In this document: positions 10,240 to 18,059 of the stretch, piece by piece
How positions within the stretch are numbered: the stretch's first letter is position 1
How the letters are laid out: the number at the start of each line of letters is the position of its first letter
Assembly: GCF_900079115.1 (NCBI RefSeq)
Contig: NZ_LT549890.1
Span: forward strand, 1,530,001 to 1,562,000
Source: Saccharolobus solfataricus
GTDB lineage: Archaea; Thermoproteota; Thermoprotei_A; Sulfolobales; Sulfolobaceae
Length of the DNA stretch: 32,000 nucleotides
Reading direction: 5' to 3'
Translations under genes and position numbers: made by a program
Notes under the pieces: model-generated
Database searches by the model: none
Told to the model about the DNA's origin: nothing
What the model saw: the letters and a program-made list of their open reading frames with translations, nothing else

Positions 10240-11109
10240 ATGTCTGTGGTTTTGAAGGACTCTTTATGGAGATATTTCGCTGAATTTGTAGGAACTTTCA
10301 TACTAATACTATTCGGAGATGGTGCTATAGTAGCCTCAACACTAAGTAGCCAACCCAGTTTCGGATTTATTATGGTAAGCTGGGGATTTGGAATAGTGTT
10401 AGCGATTTATGCTGTTGGTCCAATTAGCGGAGCTCATATAAACCCTAATGTAACGTTAGCGTTTGCTGTAACTAAGCGTATTAAGTGGGTTGATGTGATT
10501 CCTTACATCGTTTTCCAGATTTTAGGGGCTGCTGCAGCTACAAGCGTATTATTGGTATGGTGGGGAGATGTAATAACCAGAATAGATCCCCCACCTTTTC
10601 TATACGCTGATATAGGAGCGGCTTTCTTTACTCAATATCCTGAGCCCGGTTTTTGGCCTCAATACTGGCCTAAAAGCTATTTACCTAACGTTAGTAGCGC
10701 AGGTATTTTATACTCTCAAGTAAATCAAATATTTCCCTTATGGAAGGGAGCCTTTGCTGAGGCATTAATGACCTTTTTGTTACTGTTGATAGTAGTAGCA
10801 GTTACGGATCCAGATTCACCCTTCTATAGCCAGTCATTAGCTCCGTGGGCAATAGGTATTGGATATGTAATGCCCTTCTTACTTTTCGAAGCTCAGTTAA
10901 CGGGAGGGATGATAAATGAGGCTAGAAGTTGGGGACCTATGCTTGCTTTATATCTATTCGGTTATAGAACTGGTGCATTTAACTTTAGGGGAGAGTACTT
11001 CTATGTTTATGGTATTCCAGATTTTATAGGGGGCATACTTGGAGCTCTGTTCTGGGACCATGTATTAAAGCCTTATCTTAGGTTCGTAAAAAACATTAAC
11101 AAAAAGTAG
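10240..11109 (+). CDS. glpF: MIP-family channel (glycerol uptake facilitator-like) with non-canonical NPA boxes
   Basis: 289 aa. The ATG directly abuts the glpK stop (TAA|ATG). SGAHINPNVTLAF and TGGMINEARSWGP are the two MIP half-helix motifs, but read NPN and NEA instead of NPA. Confidence 0.8.
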   Translation: MSVVLKDSLWRYFAEFVGTFILILFGDGAIVASTLSSQPSFGFIMVSWGFGIVLAIYAVGPISGAHINPNVTLAFAVTKRIKWVDVIPYIVFQILGAAAATSVLLVWWGDVITRIDPPPFLYADIGAAFFTQYPEPGFWPQYWPKSYLPNVSSAGILYSQVNQIFPLWKGAFAEALMTFLLLLIVVAVTDPDSPFYSQSLAPWAIGIGYVMPFLLFEAQLTGGMINEARSWGPMLALYLFGYRTGAFNFRGEYFYVYGIPDFIGGILGALFWDHVLKPYLRFVKNINKK

Positions 11110-11166
11110 TGATTTTTATCAGTATAATAATAAGACTTTTTTTAACTCAGTTCTATGCTTAGCAGT

Positions 11167-11615
11167 TTATGTTTTTCTCTTACGTTTAAACAATTTCTTT
11201 ATCTCTCCAGATGCTTGGTAAATACTTTTTATCAATCTAGCAATTCTCTTGGCCCCTAGGTTTAAACCCGTGAAGTACTTGAGCAAGAGAACAACCAACA
11301 AGGAAAAAGCCTTCAAAATTATAAAACCCTTGTTCCTAAACCAAGTTAAGAAAGAGCTCTTCTCCATACCCAAGGCCTTAAGCTCCCTAATCAAAACCTC
11401 GATATCCCGTCTATTCTCCCGACTAGTGATAATATCCTCTCAGTATCATTAAGGTTAGTGGAGAAGAAGTACCTCTTACCCAAACCCTTATAATCCTCCA
11501 CTACAAGCAATTTTATGGGAATACCTTGGTATTCCACAAGGTATTTCCCTTTGGGGAACTCACCAACTGGCACGTGTCTGCCACCCTCGACAAGACGTGA
11601 GTTAGCCTTGAGTTC
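11167..11615 (-). pseudogene. C-terminal relic of a DDE (IS4/IS5-like) transposase, frameshifted and 5'-truncated
   Basis: Track ORFs 11391..11573 and 11167..11394 are two frames of one gene. The third frame reads ..NRRDIEVLIRELKALGMEKSSF.., joining ..NLNDTERILSLVGR to IRELKALG. The frame is open up to 11615, where the IS110-type element begins. Confidence 0.6.
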
Positions 11616-11800
11616 CTATATAGGTTTTATTAGTCGGGGAGAGTAATACTCTCCTCGGCTGGGGAAACATGGTCGAGACACTATCTGAAGCAAAGTCTTC
11701 GGGTGGGGGCGTGACTCACCCCTACCGTCGGACTGAACATTATGATAAAATTCACGGATATAGGCATTACATGCCATGCCTCTAACAAGCCTACGTTTGC
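11616..11800 (+). ncRNA. Candidate IS110 bridge-RNA region (5' non-coding end of the element)
   Basis: About 185 nt of non-coding, locally G+C-rich sequence upstream of the transposase, with a strong hairpin at 11635-11657 (cggggagagta/tactctcctcg). IS110-group elements are known to encode a structured guide RNA in this position. No covariance model was run. Confidence 0.3.
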
Positions 11801-12789
11801 AACCGTAGGAGGTGTGACAAAGAGGTAGGGGTAATAGGAATAGATATATCAAAGGATCACCTAATTACAAGTAGGGGGAGGGTGAGAAGATACGAGAACA
11901 ACTTGAAGGGTTATGAGGAAATCCTCAAGATGAAACCTTGTACAATAGTCCTAGAGCCTACCGGAGTATACGCAATAAGATCTAGCCAATACTTCAAGGA
12001 GAAAGGAATAAAAGTACTACAAGTAAGCCCAAACATGTTATCAAGAGAAAAGGAGTTTAGGGGAAAGAAAACAGATTTTTACGATGCTGAAAAATTAGAA
12101 AACATGGTTGATAAGGCAAAGGAATATGAGTATAACCCCTTAAGAGAACTAGTAACACTTTACCTCTTCCTCAATGACATAGAAGTAAACTACAGGAACA
12201 GGCTAAAGAGGCACTATTCCTAGTAAGCGACAACAACAAGATAAGCAAGGAAAGGTTAGAAAAACTCGCAATGGGTGACTTTACACAAGAAGAACTATAC
12301 CAACTAGAATACACACCAATAGTAGTTGAAGAAATCAAAGTCCTAGCAAAAACACTCCTAGAAACGCAAGAGAGATTGAAAGAAGTTAGGAGGATGATCG
12401 AGGAACAAGTACCGGATAATCACGTTTTATTAACAATCCCGGGAATTGGGAGGCTTGCAGCTGGTATTATTATTGGTATTGTTGGTGATATTAGGCGTTT
12501 TCCTAAACCAGAGTCCTTTGTGGCTTATTGTGGTTTAGATCCCGTAGTTGAGAGGAGTGGAAGAGCTGTAATAAGTAGGGGGATTTCCAAGAGGGGTAAT
12601 AAGTACTTGCGTAGCTTGTTCTACTTTTTGGCAGTGAGGAATTATTCTAGGAACCCTACTTTGCTGAAGTTTTATGAGACACACAAGGATAGGTTGAAAG
12701 GTAGGAAGTTGTATGTTGCTTTGGCTAGGAAGTTGGCAAGGATTATATGGAGTGTTTGGTATAATAATAGGCCTTATGAGCCTAAATAA
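11794..12789 (+). pseudogene. IS110-family transposase, frameshifted
   Basis: The N-terminal motif VIGIDISKD is encoded at ~11829-11855, but no ATG/GTG/TTG precedes it in frame. The track ORFs 11882..12223 and 12271..12789 are in different frames. The second frame is already open from 12175, which implies a single frameshift near 12205-12215. The C-terminal part has LLTIPGIGRLAAGIIIGIVGDIRRF and SGISKRGNKYLR, typical of IS110. Confidence 0.8.
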
Positions 12790-12808
12790 GTAAGCCCTCC
12801 CCCGAATC

Positions 12809-12837
12809 GCCACGTGGGTTGAAAGGACCCACGTGGC
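12809..12837. other. Perfect hairpin at the IS110-element 3' end
   Basis: gccacgtgggt (12809-12819), a 7-nt loop, then acccacgtggc (12827-12837). This is an exact 11-bp stem. Confidence 0.85.
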
Positions 12838-13036
12838 AATCTTAGTTGACACTATGCTTGAAGTTTGGCCGAAAGGTTTATTACTGAACGCCCCCGTAAA
12901 GTTAAATCCCGCTAATAATAATGTAACAGTGATCTTTCCTCCATTAAGTGGAATGATTCCTAAGAATAATTACAATTTAATCCTAACATTGTCTAACGGA
13001 CAGAGTATAAAAATCGTGGTGATATATAAAATTTGA
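12838..13036 (+). pseudogene. C-terminal fragment of a paralogue of the membrane protein at 20878..21684
   Basis: VKLNP..VIFPPLSGMIPKNNYNLILTLSN..VVIYKI parallels LQINP..IKFALSGVTFVPGNIYNLEILLAN..SLVYEL at the C-terminus of the 268-aa protein. The N-terminal approximately three-quarters is missing, and the fragment abuts the IS. Confidence 0.4.
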
Positions 13037-13408
13037 TAAAATTTTGAAATTTTAGGTAAACATATTATCATTGGGAAATTTGATAGCGGCATTTTTGAGG
13101 TAAAAATTATTTTCATGTAAAAATGTATGGATTATAGTTCTTGACGCTGAAGATTACGCCAATTCATGAAAGTATTATTTGTAGTTTATGACAATATTAT
13201 TAATGTTAACAATAATTTTGCTACTCCAGTATAAATCATACAAAGTATTAATTCAGTTTACATTTGTGATAAAATTTATTCATTGCTAAAGAGAGAATTT
13301 TATAATTTTTTAAATTTTATATGAAATAAAACATTAAAGGGAACTATTTCAGAGGAATCTAAACTAAATTTTAAATGAATATAATTGCTCAAGTTATACA
13401 TAGTGCCA

Positions 13409-13517
13409 TCACTGAGCTACAAATTAATTAGATTAACAGATCTTCATAAAGAGAAGACGTTAAACTGACATACTTATATACGTTTGGAATATTAGAAAGA
13501 AAATTTATAGCTTAATG
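13409..13517 (-). repeat. MITE-like ~110-bp repeat, copy 1
   Basis: Its reverse complement aligns with 21941-22050 at roughly 80% identity by eye. Shared blocks are ttccaaacgtatataag, ctttatgaag and taattaatttgtagctcagtga. It has imperfect terminal inverted repeats (taagctataaatt / aatttgtagctca). Confidence 0.55.
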
Positions 13518-13683
13518 TCAGACTCTATGATCCCTTAAGGGGTGCCGTAGCGGAATTGAAAGTAATTAAAAGTAAGGAGAAGTTACGGCACGGGTAAACT
13601 CCTATCTTTTGATAATTCATTTTAAGCTTGATTCATCCATATTCTGAACATTTTATAGTTGATATTGAACCCTATATCATTTT

Positions 13684-14256
13684 TTAAATTTTACTCTGAA
13701 CTAATTTAATGTTACCATTATCTAATACAACGTAGCCCCTATCATTGTATAAATTGATTACATTAGACAAAGTACCTGCATTTACGCAATTAATCGTCTT
13801 AAAAAATCTTAATGCATGAGAGTGACCTAATATAATCGTGTCTTTGAAATTTCTAAGCATAATTCTAAAAAATATACAGAAGAGTAAAGGTGGAATATTA
13901 TCGTTCATTTTCTTTAACACTTTAGCTAGACTATATTCATTATTTTCGTTAAAGTATTGATGACCATGAAGTAGAATGAAACGCTTACCATTATTCTTAA
14001 TCTTAATCAAATCAAAATCTCCTCTAAACTTGTCTTCGTCGCCTTTAACGTAGATTATATTCTTTCTAATTTTTAACTTGTCAATAAAGTTCCTATAATC
14101 CTCACTTTTAGAGACAATTATATCCCCTAAAAGAACTGTTAGTGAGGGTCTCTCAGACAGCATTATTTTATTTATCTCATCGATATCGCAATACGGATAA
14201 TGAATGTCAGATAGCACCAAAATCTTACCGTCCCATTCAATGGAAATTTTTCTCAA
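13684..14256 (-). CDS. Calcineurin-like metallophosphoesterase
   Basis: 190 aa with the ordered motifs LSDIHYP (DxH), LLGDII (GD), VKGDED, LLHGHQ and LGHSH (GHxH). Confidence 0.75.
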   Translation of the reverse strand: MRKISIEWDGKILVLSDIHYPYCDIDEINKIMLSERPSLTVLLGDIIVSKSEDYRNFIDKLKIRKNIIYVKGDEDKFRGDFDLIKIKNNGKRFILLHGHQYFNENNEYSLAKVLKKMNDNIPPLLFCIFFRIMLRNFKDTIILGHSHALRFFKTINCVNAGTLSNVINLYNDRGYVVLDNGNIKLVQSKI

Positions 14257-14540
14257 ACTTTTTATCCCTATGGTATGATTATAATCTGTGGTAAAAAAAT
14301 GAAAGTATATTTAGAAGATATATACATTTCAGCCAAGACTACGACACCATAAACATGACTCTCACTAAAAAACCCCCACCACATTACAATCCTTCCTATT
14401 CAATATTATGAGATAAGATCCAGAATTATGCTTCGCACACAAGAAGCTACCCTACCTCACTCCAGCGTACTTAACATCCACTGGCTTTAGCTTTATCTAC
14501 CTCCACATTATTTATAAGCCTTTAAACGAAACGATTAAAT

Positions 14541-15449
14541 ATGAGTGGAAAGATTGCCGATGAGATCCTTAACAATCCACAATTACTTTCAGCCTTAGCT
14601 GATAAAATATATGACAAGCTTAAGGATGAAATAGTTATAAAGAAATTAGAAGAAACGATTGCTAACGTAAAAGCCTTACAAGAGGAAGTTAAGAGACAAG
14701 GAGAAGCAATATCTTCGTTACAGAACACGGTGAATAAGCATACGGAAGCAATAACATCACTTCAAGAAGCTGTCAAAAAGCAAGGAGAGGCAATTCAATC
14801 TCTCCAAGAAGCAGTAAAGTCATTACAAGAGACGGTGAATAAGCATACGGAAGCAATAACATCACTTCAAGAAGCTGTCAAAAAGCAAGGAGAGGCAATT
14901 CAATCTCTCCAAGAAGCAGTAAAGTCATTACAAGAGACGGTGAATAAGCATACGGAAGCAATAACATCACTTCAAGAAGCTGTCAAAAAGCAAGGAGAGG
15001 CAATCGAAGGTCTGCAGAAGGCAGTACGCAAATTACAAAGAGCCGTTATGAAACTTTCAGTAGAAGTGGGAAGTTTCACTAATAGGGCGGGAAAAGGAAT
15101 GGAAAGGACAATGCTAAAACTTTATAAAAAGGCTTTAGAGCTACACGGAGTTGATCCTAAGAGAGTAGTACATGGTATGATAAAAGATGAAGAGGGAGTA
15201 ATAGAGAAAGGCAAGGTGTTTGAGGTTGACTTTTACGAAACCAATGATTACGTTTACGTATTTGAAATAAAGAATTTAGCAGACAAAGGGGCTTACGATC
15301 AAATTATCATAAGGAAAAAGTTGTTCTATACTAAGTATAAGGATAAGAAGATAAAAATATTCCTTGTAGCAAACTATGTAGACAAAAAGGTAAAGAAGAA
15401 GCTTGAAGAGGAAGGGGTAGAAATTATAGCTTCTCACATAATAAAATGA
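14541..15449 (+). CDS. Coiled-coil repeat protein with C-terminal PD-(D/E)XK-like nuclease-fold domain
   Basis: 302 aa. About 170 aa of heptad-like repeats (..TEAITSLQEAVKKQGEAIQSLQEAVKSLQETVNKH.. repeated), then FEVDFYETNDYVYVFEIKNL (D..ExK spacing). It resembles the multi-copy Sulfolobales family that I recall being annotated as 'Chordopoxvirus fusion protein'/DUF1626. That recollection is unchecked. Confidence 0.6.
   Translation: MSGKIADEILNNPQLLSALADKIYDKLKDEIVIKKLEETIANVKALQEEVKRQGEAISSLQNTVNKHTEAITSLQEAVKKQGEAIQSLQEAVKSLQETVNKHTEAITSLQEAVKKQGEAIQSLQEAVKSLQETVNKHTEAITSLQEAVKKQGEAIEGLQKAVRKLQRAVMKLSVEVGSFTNRAGKGMERTMLKLYKKALELHGVDPKRVVHGMIKDEEGVIEKGKVFEVDFYETNDYVYVFEIKNLADKGAYDQIIIRKKLFYTKYKDKKIKIFLVANYVDKKVKKKLEEEGVEIIASHIIK
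14727..15004 (+). repeat. Perfect 105-bp tandem repeat, ~2.65 copies, in frame (35 aa per unit)
   Basis: Units start at 14727, 14832 and 14937. Units 1 and 2 are identical over 105 bp. Unit 3 is identical for 68 bp and then diverges. Confidence 0.9.
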
Positions 15450-15539
15450 TCTAGACTTTTCAAAACCTTCATAAGGGTATTTCAATAGTCAAAAATAACA
15501 CAAACTTCACAATTTACTGTAAACTGTTGACAACGACAA

Positions 15540-16169
15540 CTAGGAGAAGGTAAGATTCTCTTTTTTATTTGTTAATATAAATTCCATTGATAACCTTATT
15601 CCCCTTATCATAGTATCTAAACTCATAGATGGAATAGGTCGTTGTATTCTCGCGGCATATGACTCGTGTAAGGGAACGTGAATGAAACCACCTAAGCTAT
15701 TGTACTTTCTAGCTTCCCTAATTATGATGTACATTGCGTTATTACACAGATAGCTACCAGCACTTAAGCTCAATTCAGCTGGTATTCCGTTTTCATTCAA
15801 TAAGTCTACGAGGTCCTCAACTGGTATATTCGTAAAGATACCGTCTTGCCCTAAGGGGTCAATCTTCTCTCCCTTGTACTTCTTCCCAGCGTTATCTCCT
15901 TCCCTTGAGTACTTGTAGTTTATGGCTATCTTCTCTGGAGTTATCTTCGCCCTACCCGGGGCTACACCAATTCCTAAAGTTAATATTGGTTTCATCTCTC
16001 TAATTTTCGTAACTATTAAATCCTCTATCTTCTCATACTCAACTGGCAATATCACACCTTTGACCTCTTCCTTTAATATGGTACTTCCATTTAAGGCTTC
16101 AACAATTAACTGAGATGGATTTTCCTTGTATTCCAAAAAGGGTTCGAAGCCAAACAAGAGGACTGTCAT
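15540..16169 (-). CDS. pcp: Pyroglutamyl-peptidase I (pyrrolidone-carboxylate peptidase)
   Basis: 209 aa with LLFGFEPF at the N-terminus, the catalytic-Cys context [10 protein letters not shown], and the His context GFIHVP. Confidence 0.9.
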   Translation of the reverse strand: MTVLLFGFEPFLEYKENPSQLIVEALNGSTILKEEVKGVILPVEYEKIEDLIVTKIREMKPILTLGIGVAPGRAKITPEKIAINYKYSREGDNAGKKYKGEKIDPLGQDGIFTNIPVEDLVDLLNENGIPAELSLSAGSYLCNNAMYIIIREARKYNSLGGFIHVPLHESYAARIQRPIPSMSLDTMIRGIRLSMEFILTNKKENLTFS

Positions 16170-16245
16170 ACTATCTCTTTAACGCTTAGACTATTAACTT
16201 TATTTTTCATTTTCCCTCTCTTCTCTCATTAAGGTTGGGGAGAGT

Positions 16246-16576
16246 TTGGAAAAGGTCTTTCTAATTAGGCAAGAACATTCATCAGTTGTAGTTGGAAGTG
16301 GTAACGTTAACGTTTTATCAACTCCCTTGATGATTGCCTTTATGGAAAACGTGGCCCTTGAGCTAGCTCAAAAGTATTTGGAAAAGGGGAAGACTACTGT
16401 GGGATATCACGTAGATGTTAAGCACTTAATGCCCATTAGTATTGGAAGAAAATTAAAGAGGGCAACTCTAATTGAGGTTTTTAATGGTAAAGAGTCGAAA
16501 TAGAAGGTTAAGGCCTTTTACGAGGATAAGAAAATGGTGAGGGACTCACGAGAGGTCAATTGGTGAAGAAAGCTAG
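16246..16576 (+). pseudogene. Hotdog-fold thioesterase, disrupted
   Basis: The 85-aa ORF (..GNVNVLSTPLMIAFMENVALE..TTVGYHVDVKHLMPISIG..) ends at an in-frame TAG (16501). The same frame continues KVKAFYEDKK.., and a 1-nt-shifted frame gives ..THERSIGEES*. Full-length relatives are ~130 aa. Confidence 0.5.
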
Positions 16577-16804
16577 TTCATGAAGAGGGTTTTATGATGC
16601 TTTTTAGCCTCTAAAACTTTGGCGTAATTGTATTTAATATCTAACGTCTCCACGTTTACTGTTAGTAAATCCTCAGTGTTATAACTGATCTTACCTACGT
16701 CTTTTCCCTCAAATTCCAGGTATAAGACCTTTCTAAAACCCTTATTGAAACTGTATTGAGGGTAATAGCTTAAGCAATGTAAGAACTCACCCGTATCGTA
16801 TTGT

Positions 16805-17011
16805 TTATTCGTAACTCTCTAGCGTTATTGTTTTCAAGTTTAACGAAATGTTTGAAGCCAGGTTTTTATCCATTGTAACTAGAACTACGTTATTTGGTAG
16901 GGCCGACTTAAGCTTTTTAACTTCATTCATTACTTCAACGTCTCCAATTTTACTCAATCTCTCCTCAAGTTGCGGTATTAGGGCTAAGTGAACGCTTTTG
17001 AAAGTAGTCAT
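16805..17011 (-). CDS. Hypothetical protein, translationally coupled to the VKOR gene; possibly the 5' part of a frameshifted longer gene
   Basis: 68 aa. Its ATG overlaps the VKOR stop (ATGA at 17008-17011). A start-less open frame (RVTNKQYDTGEFLHCLSYYPQ...KTLFMN*) continues from ~16810 to 16573 in another frame. Confidence 0.35.
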   Translation of the reverse strand: MTTFKSVHLALIPQLEERLSKIGDVEVMNEVKKLKSALPNNVVLVTMDKNLASNISLNLKTITLESYE

Positions 17012-17445
17012 ACCTTGAACTTAATCACGGAGAGGATTAGAACGCTGAAAATTGAGACATGTGCTAAAGTACATACTATACACATGTGTCCTAACAAGAA
17101 TATTTCAGTATATATTAAATAAACCGATATGATGGAGGCTATAATACTCAGTAGGGAAATTACGTAACCAATTATGTTCTTTACTGTCCCCTTTACGACA
17201 AGTAATGAGAGTACTATTATGGCTGAAAAGTAGGCCATTCCGTAGTAGTACAATTTTATCCCTAGAAACGTTGAGTATATGCTGTTTTCCACTGATGAGC
17301 AACTTATCACGGAATTTATGGTACAACTGTTCCTACTTATCACGTCTAAGCTAAAGGATAGGTAAGAGTAGATCATTGTGCTTAGTCCTAAGAGACCAAA
17401 GAGGAGAAATAGATAATCGATTTTGTTACCTTTCAAGATAATCAC
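17008..17445 (-). CDS. Vitamin K epoxide reductase (VKOR) family membrane protein
   Basis: 145 aa with 4 predicted TM segments. It has the loop cysteine pair CTINSVISC (C-x7-C), followed by SIYS..LG, and a CIVC (CxxC) at the start of the last TM. This is the VKOR signature arrangement. Confidence 0.65.
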   Translation of the reverse strand: MIILKGNKIDYLFLLFGLLGLSTMIYSYLSFSLDVISRNSCTINSVISCSSVENSIYSTFLGIKLYYYGMAYFSAIIVLSLLVVKGTVKNIIGYVISLLSIIASIISVYLIYTEIFLLGHMCIVCTLAHVSIFSVLILSVIKFKV

Positions 17446-17741
17446 AGTAAGTATTAGCTAAAAAAGTAATTAAAGATGCGTTCGAATTAGTTGAAAATAA
17501 TCTTTTATGAGACTGATTCTAGAAATACAATAGCGTTTTGTTATTAACAATAGCTCTTGGTTTAGTGGATTGATAATTTAAGAGCGTTTAGCTAGTATTA
17601 ATTACAATTTTGAAGCGAATTATAAAAAAGTCCAATAGAAACACAAAAATTAAAAACACTCTTCTTAAAGTTAAAACTTTTGTTAACTCTGGCCTCTCTT
17701 GATGCTTCCTCTAAACTTTTACCTTTAGTCTCTGGGATGGA

Positions 17742-18029
17742 ATGTGGATTAATGTAGCTCCGGAACCTATAAATGCAGTTGCGGGGCATTCTTCGGCAAC
17801 AGACGTAGGCGGTACGACACCTATACCATCATATTATGCAGAAACCGGTTTAACATTATTCCATAACGTGTTCATAAACTATTGGTATAACCCGTATGCA
17901 TGGTATTTCAGTATAGGGACTCCACAAGATTATAGTGCTCATGGATTAAACTATAAACAGTTATCTGAGGGACAGAGTTATAATACAATAAACGGTCTAA
18001 ACTACGCTTTGTATTGGATCTCACCATAA
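17742..18029 (+). CDS. Aromatic-rich small protein, 5'-truncated paralogue of 20201..20755 (cassette gene A)
   Basis: It shares SSAT.VG..T.IPSY..E(S/T)GLTLFHN, NPY.WYFSIG and GLNYKQLSEGQSYNTINGLNY with the minus-strand copy. A stop lies 10 codons upstream of its ATG, so the N-terminal ~95 aa seen in the other copy are absent. Confidence 0.45.
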   Translation: MWINVAPEPINAVAGHSSATDVGGTTPIPSYYAETGLTLFHNVFINYWYNPYAWYFSIGTPQDYSAHGLNYKQLSEGQSYNTINGLNYALYWISP

Positions 18030-18059
18030 GATATTTTAAGTTAACCTATTTTTTTAAAC

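Larger units (their letters stand above)
11610..12838 (+). mobile_element. IS110-family element (~1.23 kb, ISC1229-like by size), transposase inactivated
   Basis: It carries an IS110-type DEDD transposase, has no terminal inverted repeats, and has a perfect 11-bp-stem hairpin at its 3' end. The left boundary is only estimated, from where the disrupted older transposase frame stops (~11615). Confidence 0.6.

Noticed and set aside
11616-11852. 78-aa minus-strand ORF
   Set aside because: It lies antisense within the G+C-rich non-coding 5' end of the IS110-type element. It has Cys/Arg/Gly-rich composition typical of a chance ORF in structured DNA.
13540-13596. Possible tRNA or tRNA fragment (integration-site remnant), because of the ..gccgtagcgg.. 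start
   Set aside because: No cloverleaf can be drawn, there is no T-loop (GTTC[AG]A) motif, and the loop is A-rich. It is kept only as a low-interest hairpin.
14727-15004. Possible CRISPR array, because of exact repeats
   Set aside because: The repeats are directly tandem (105-bp period) with no unique spacers, and they are in frame inside a long ORF encoding a coiled coil.
17598-17789. 63-aa minus-strand ORF upstream of cassette gene A
   Set aside because: It overlaps the start of the conserved + strand gene. It has no counterpart in the inverted copy and no motif.
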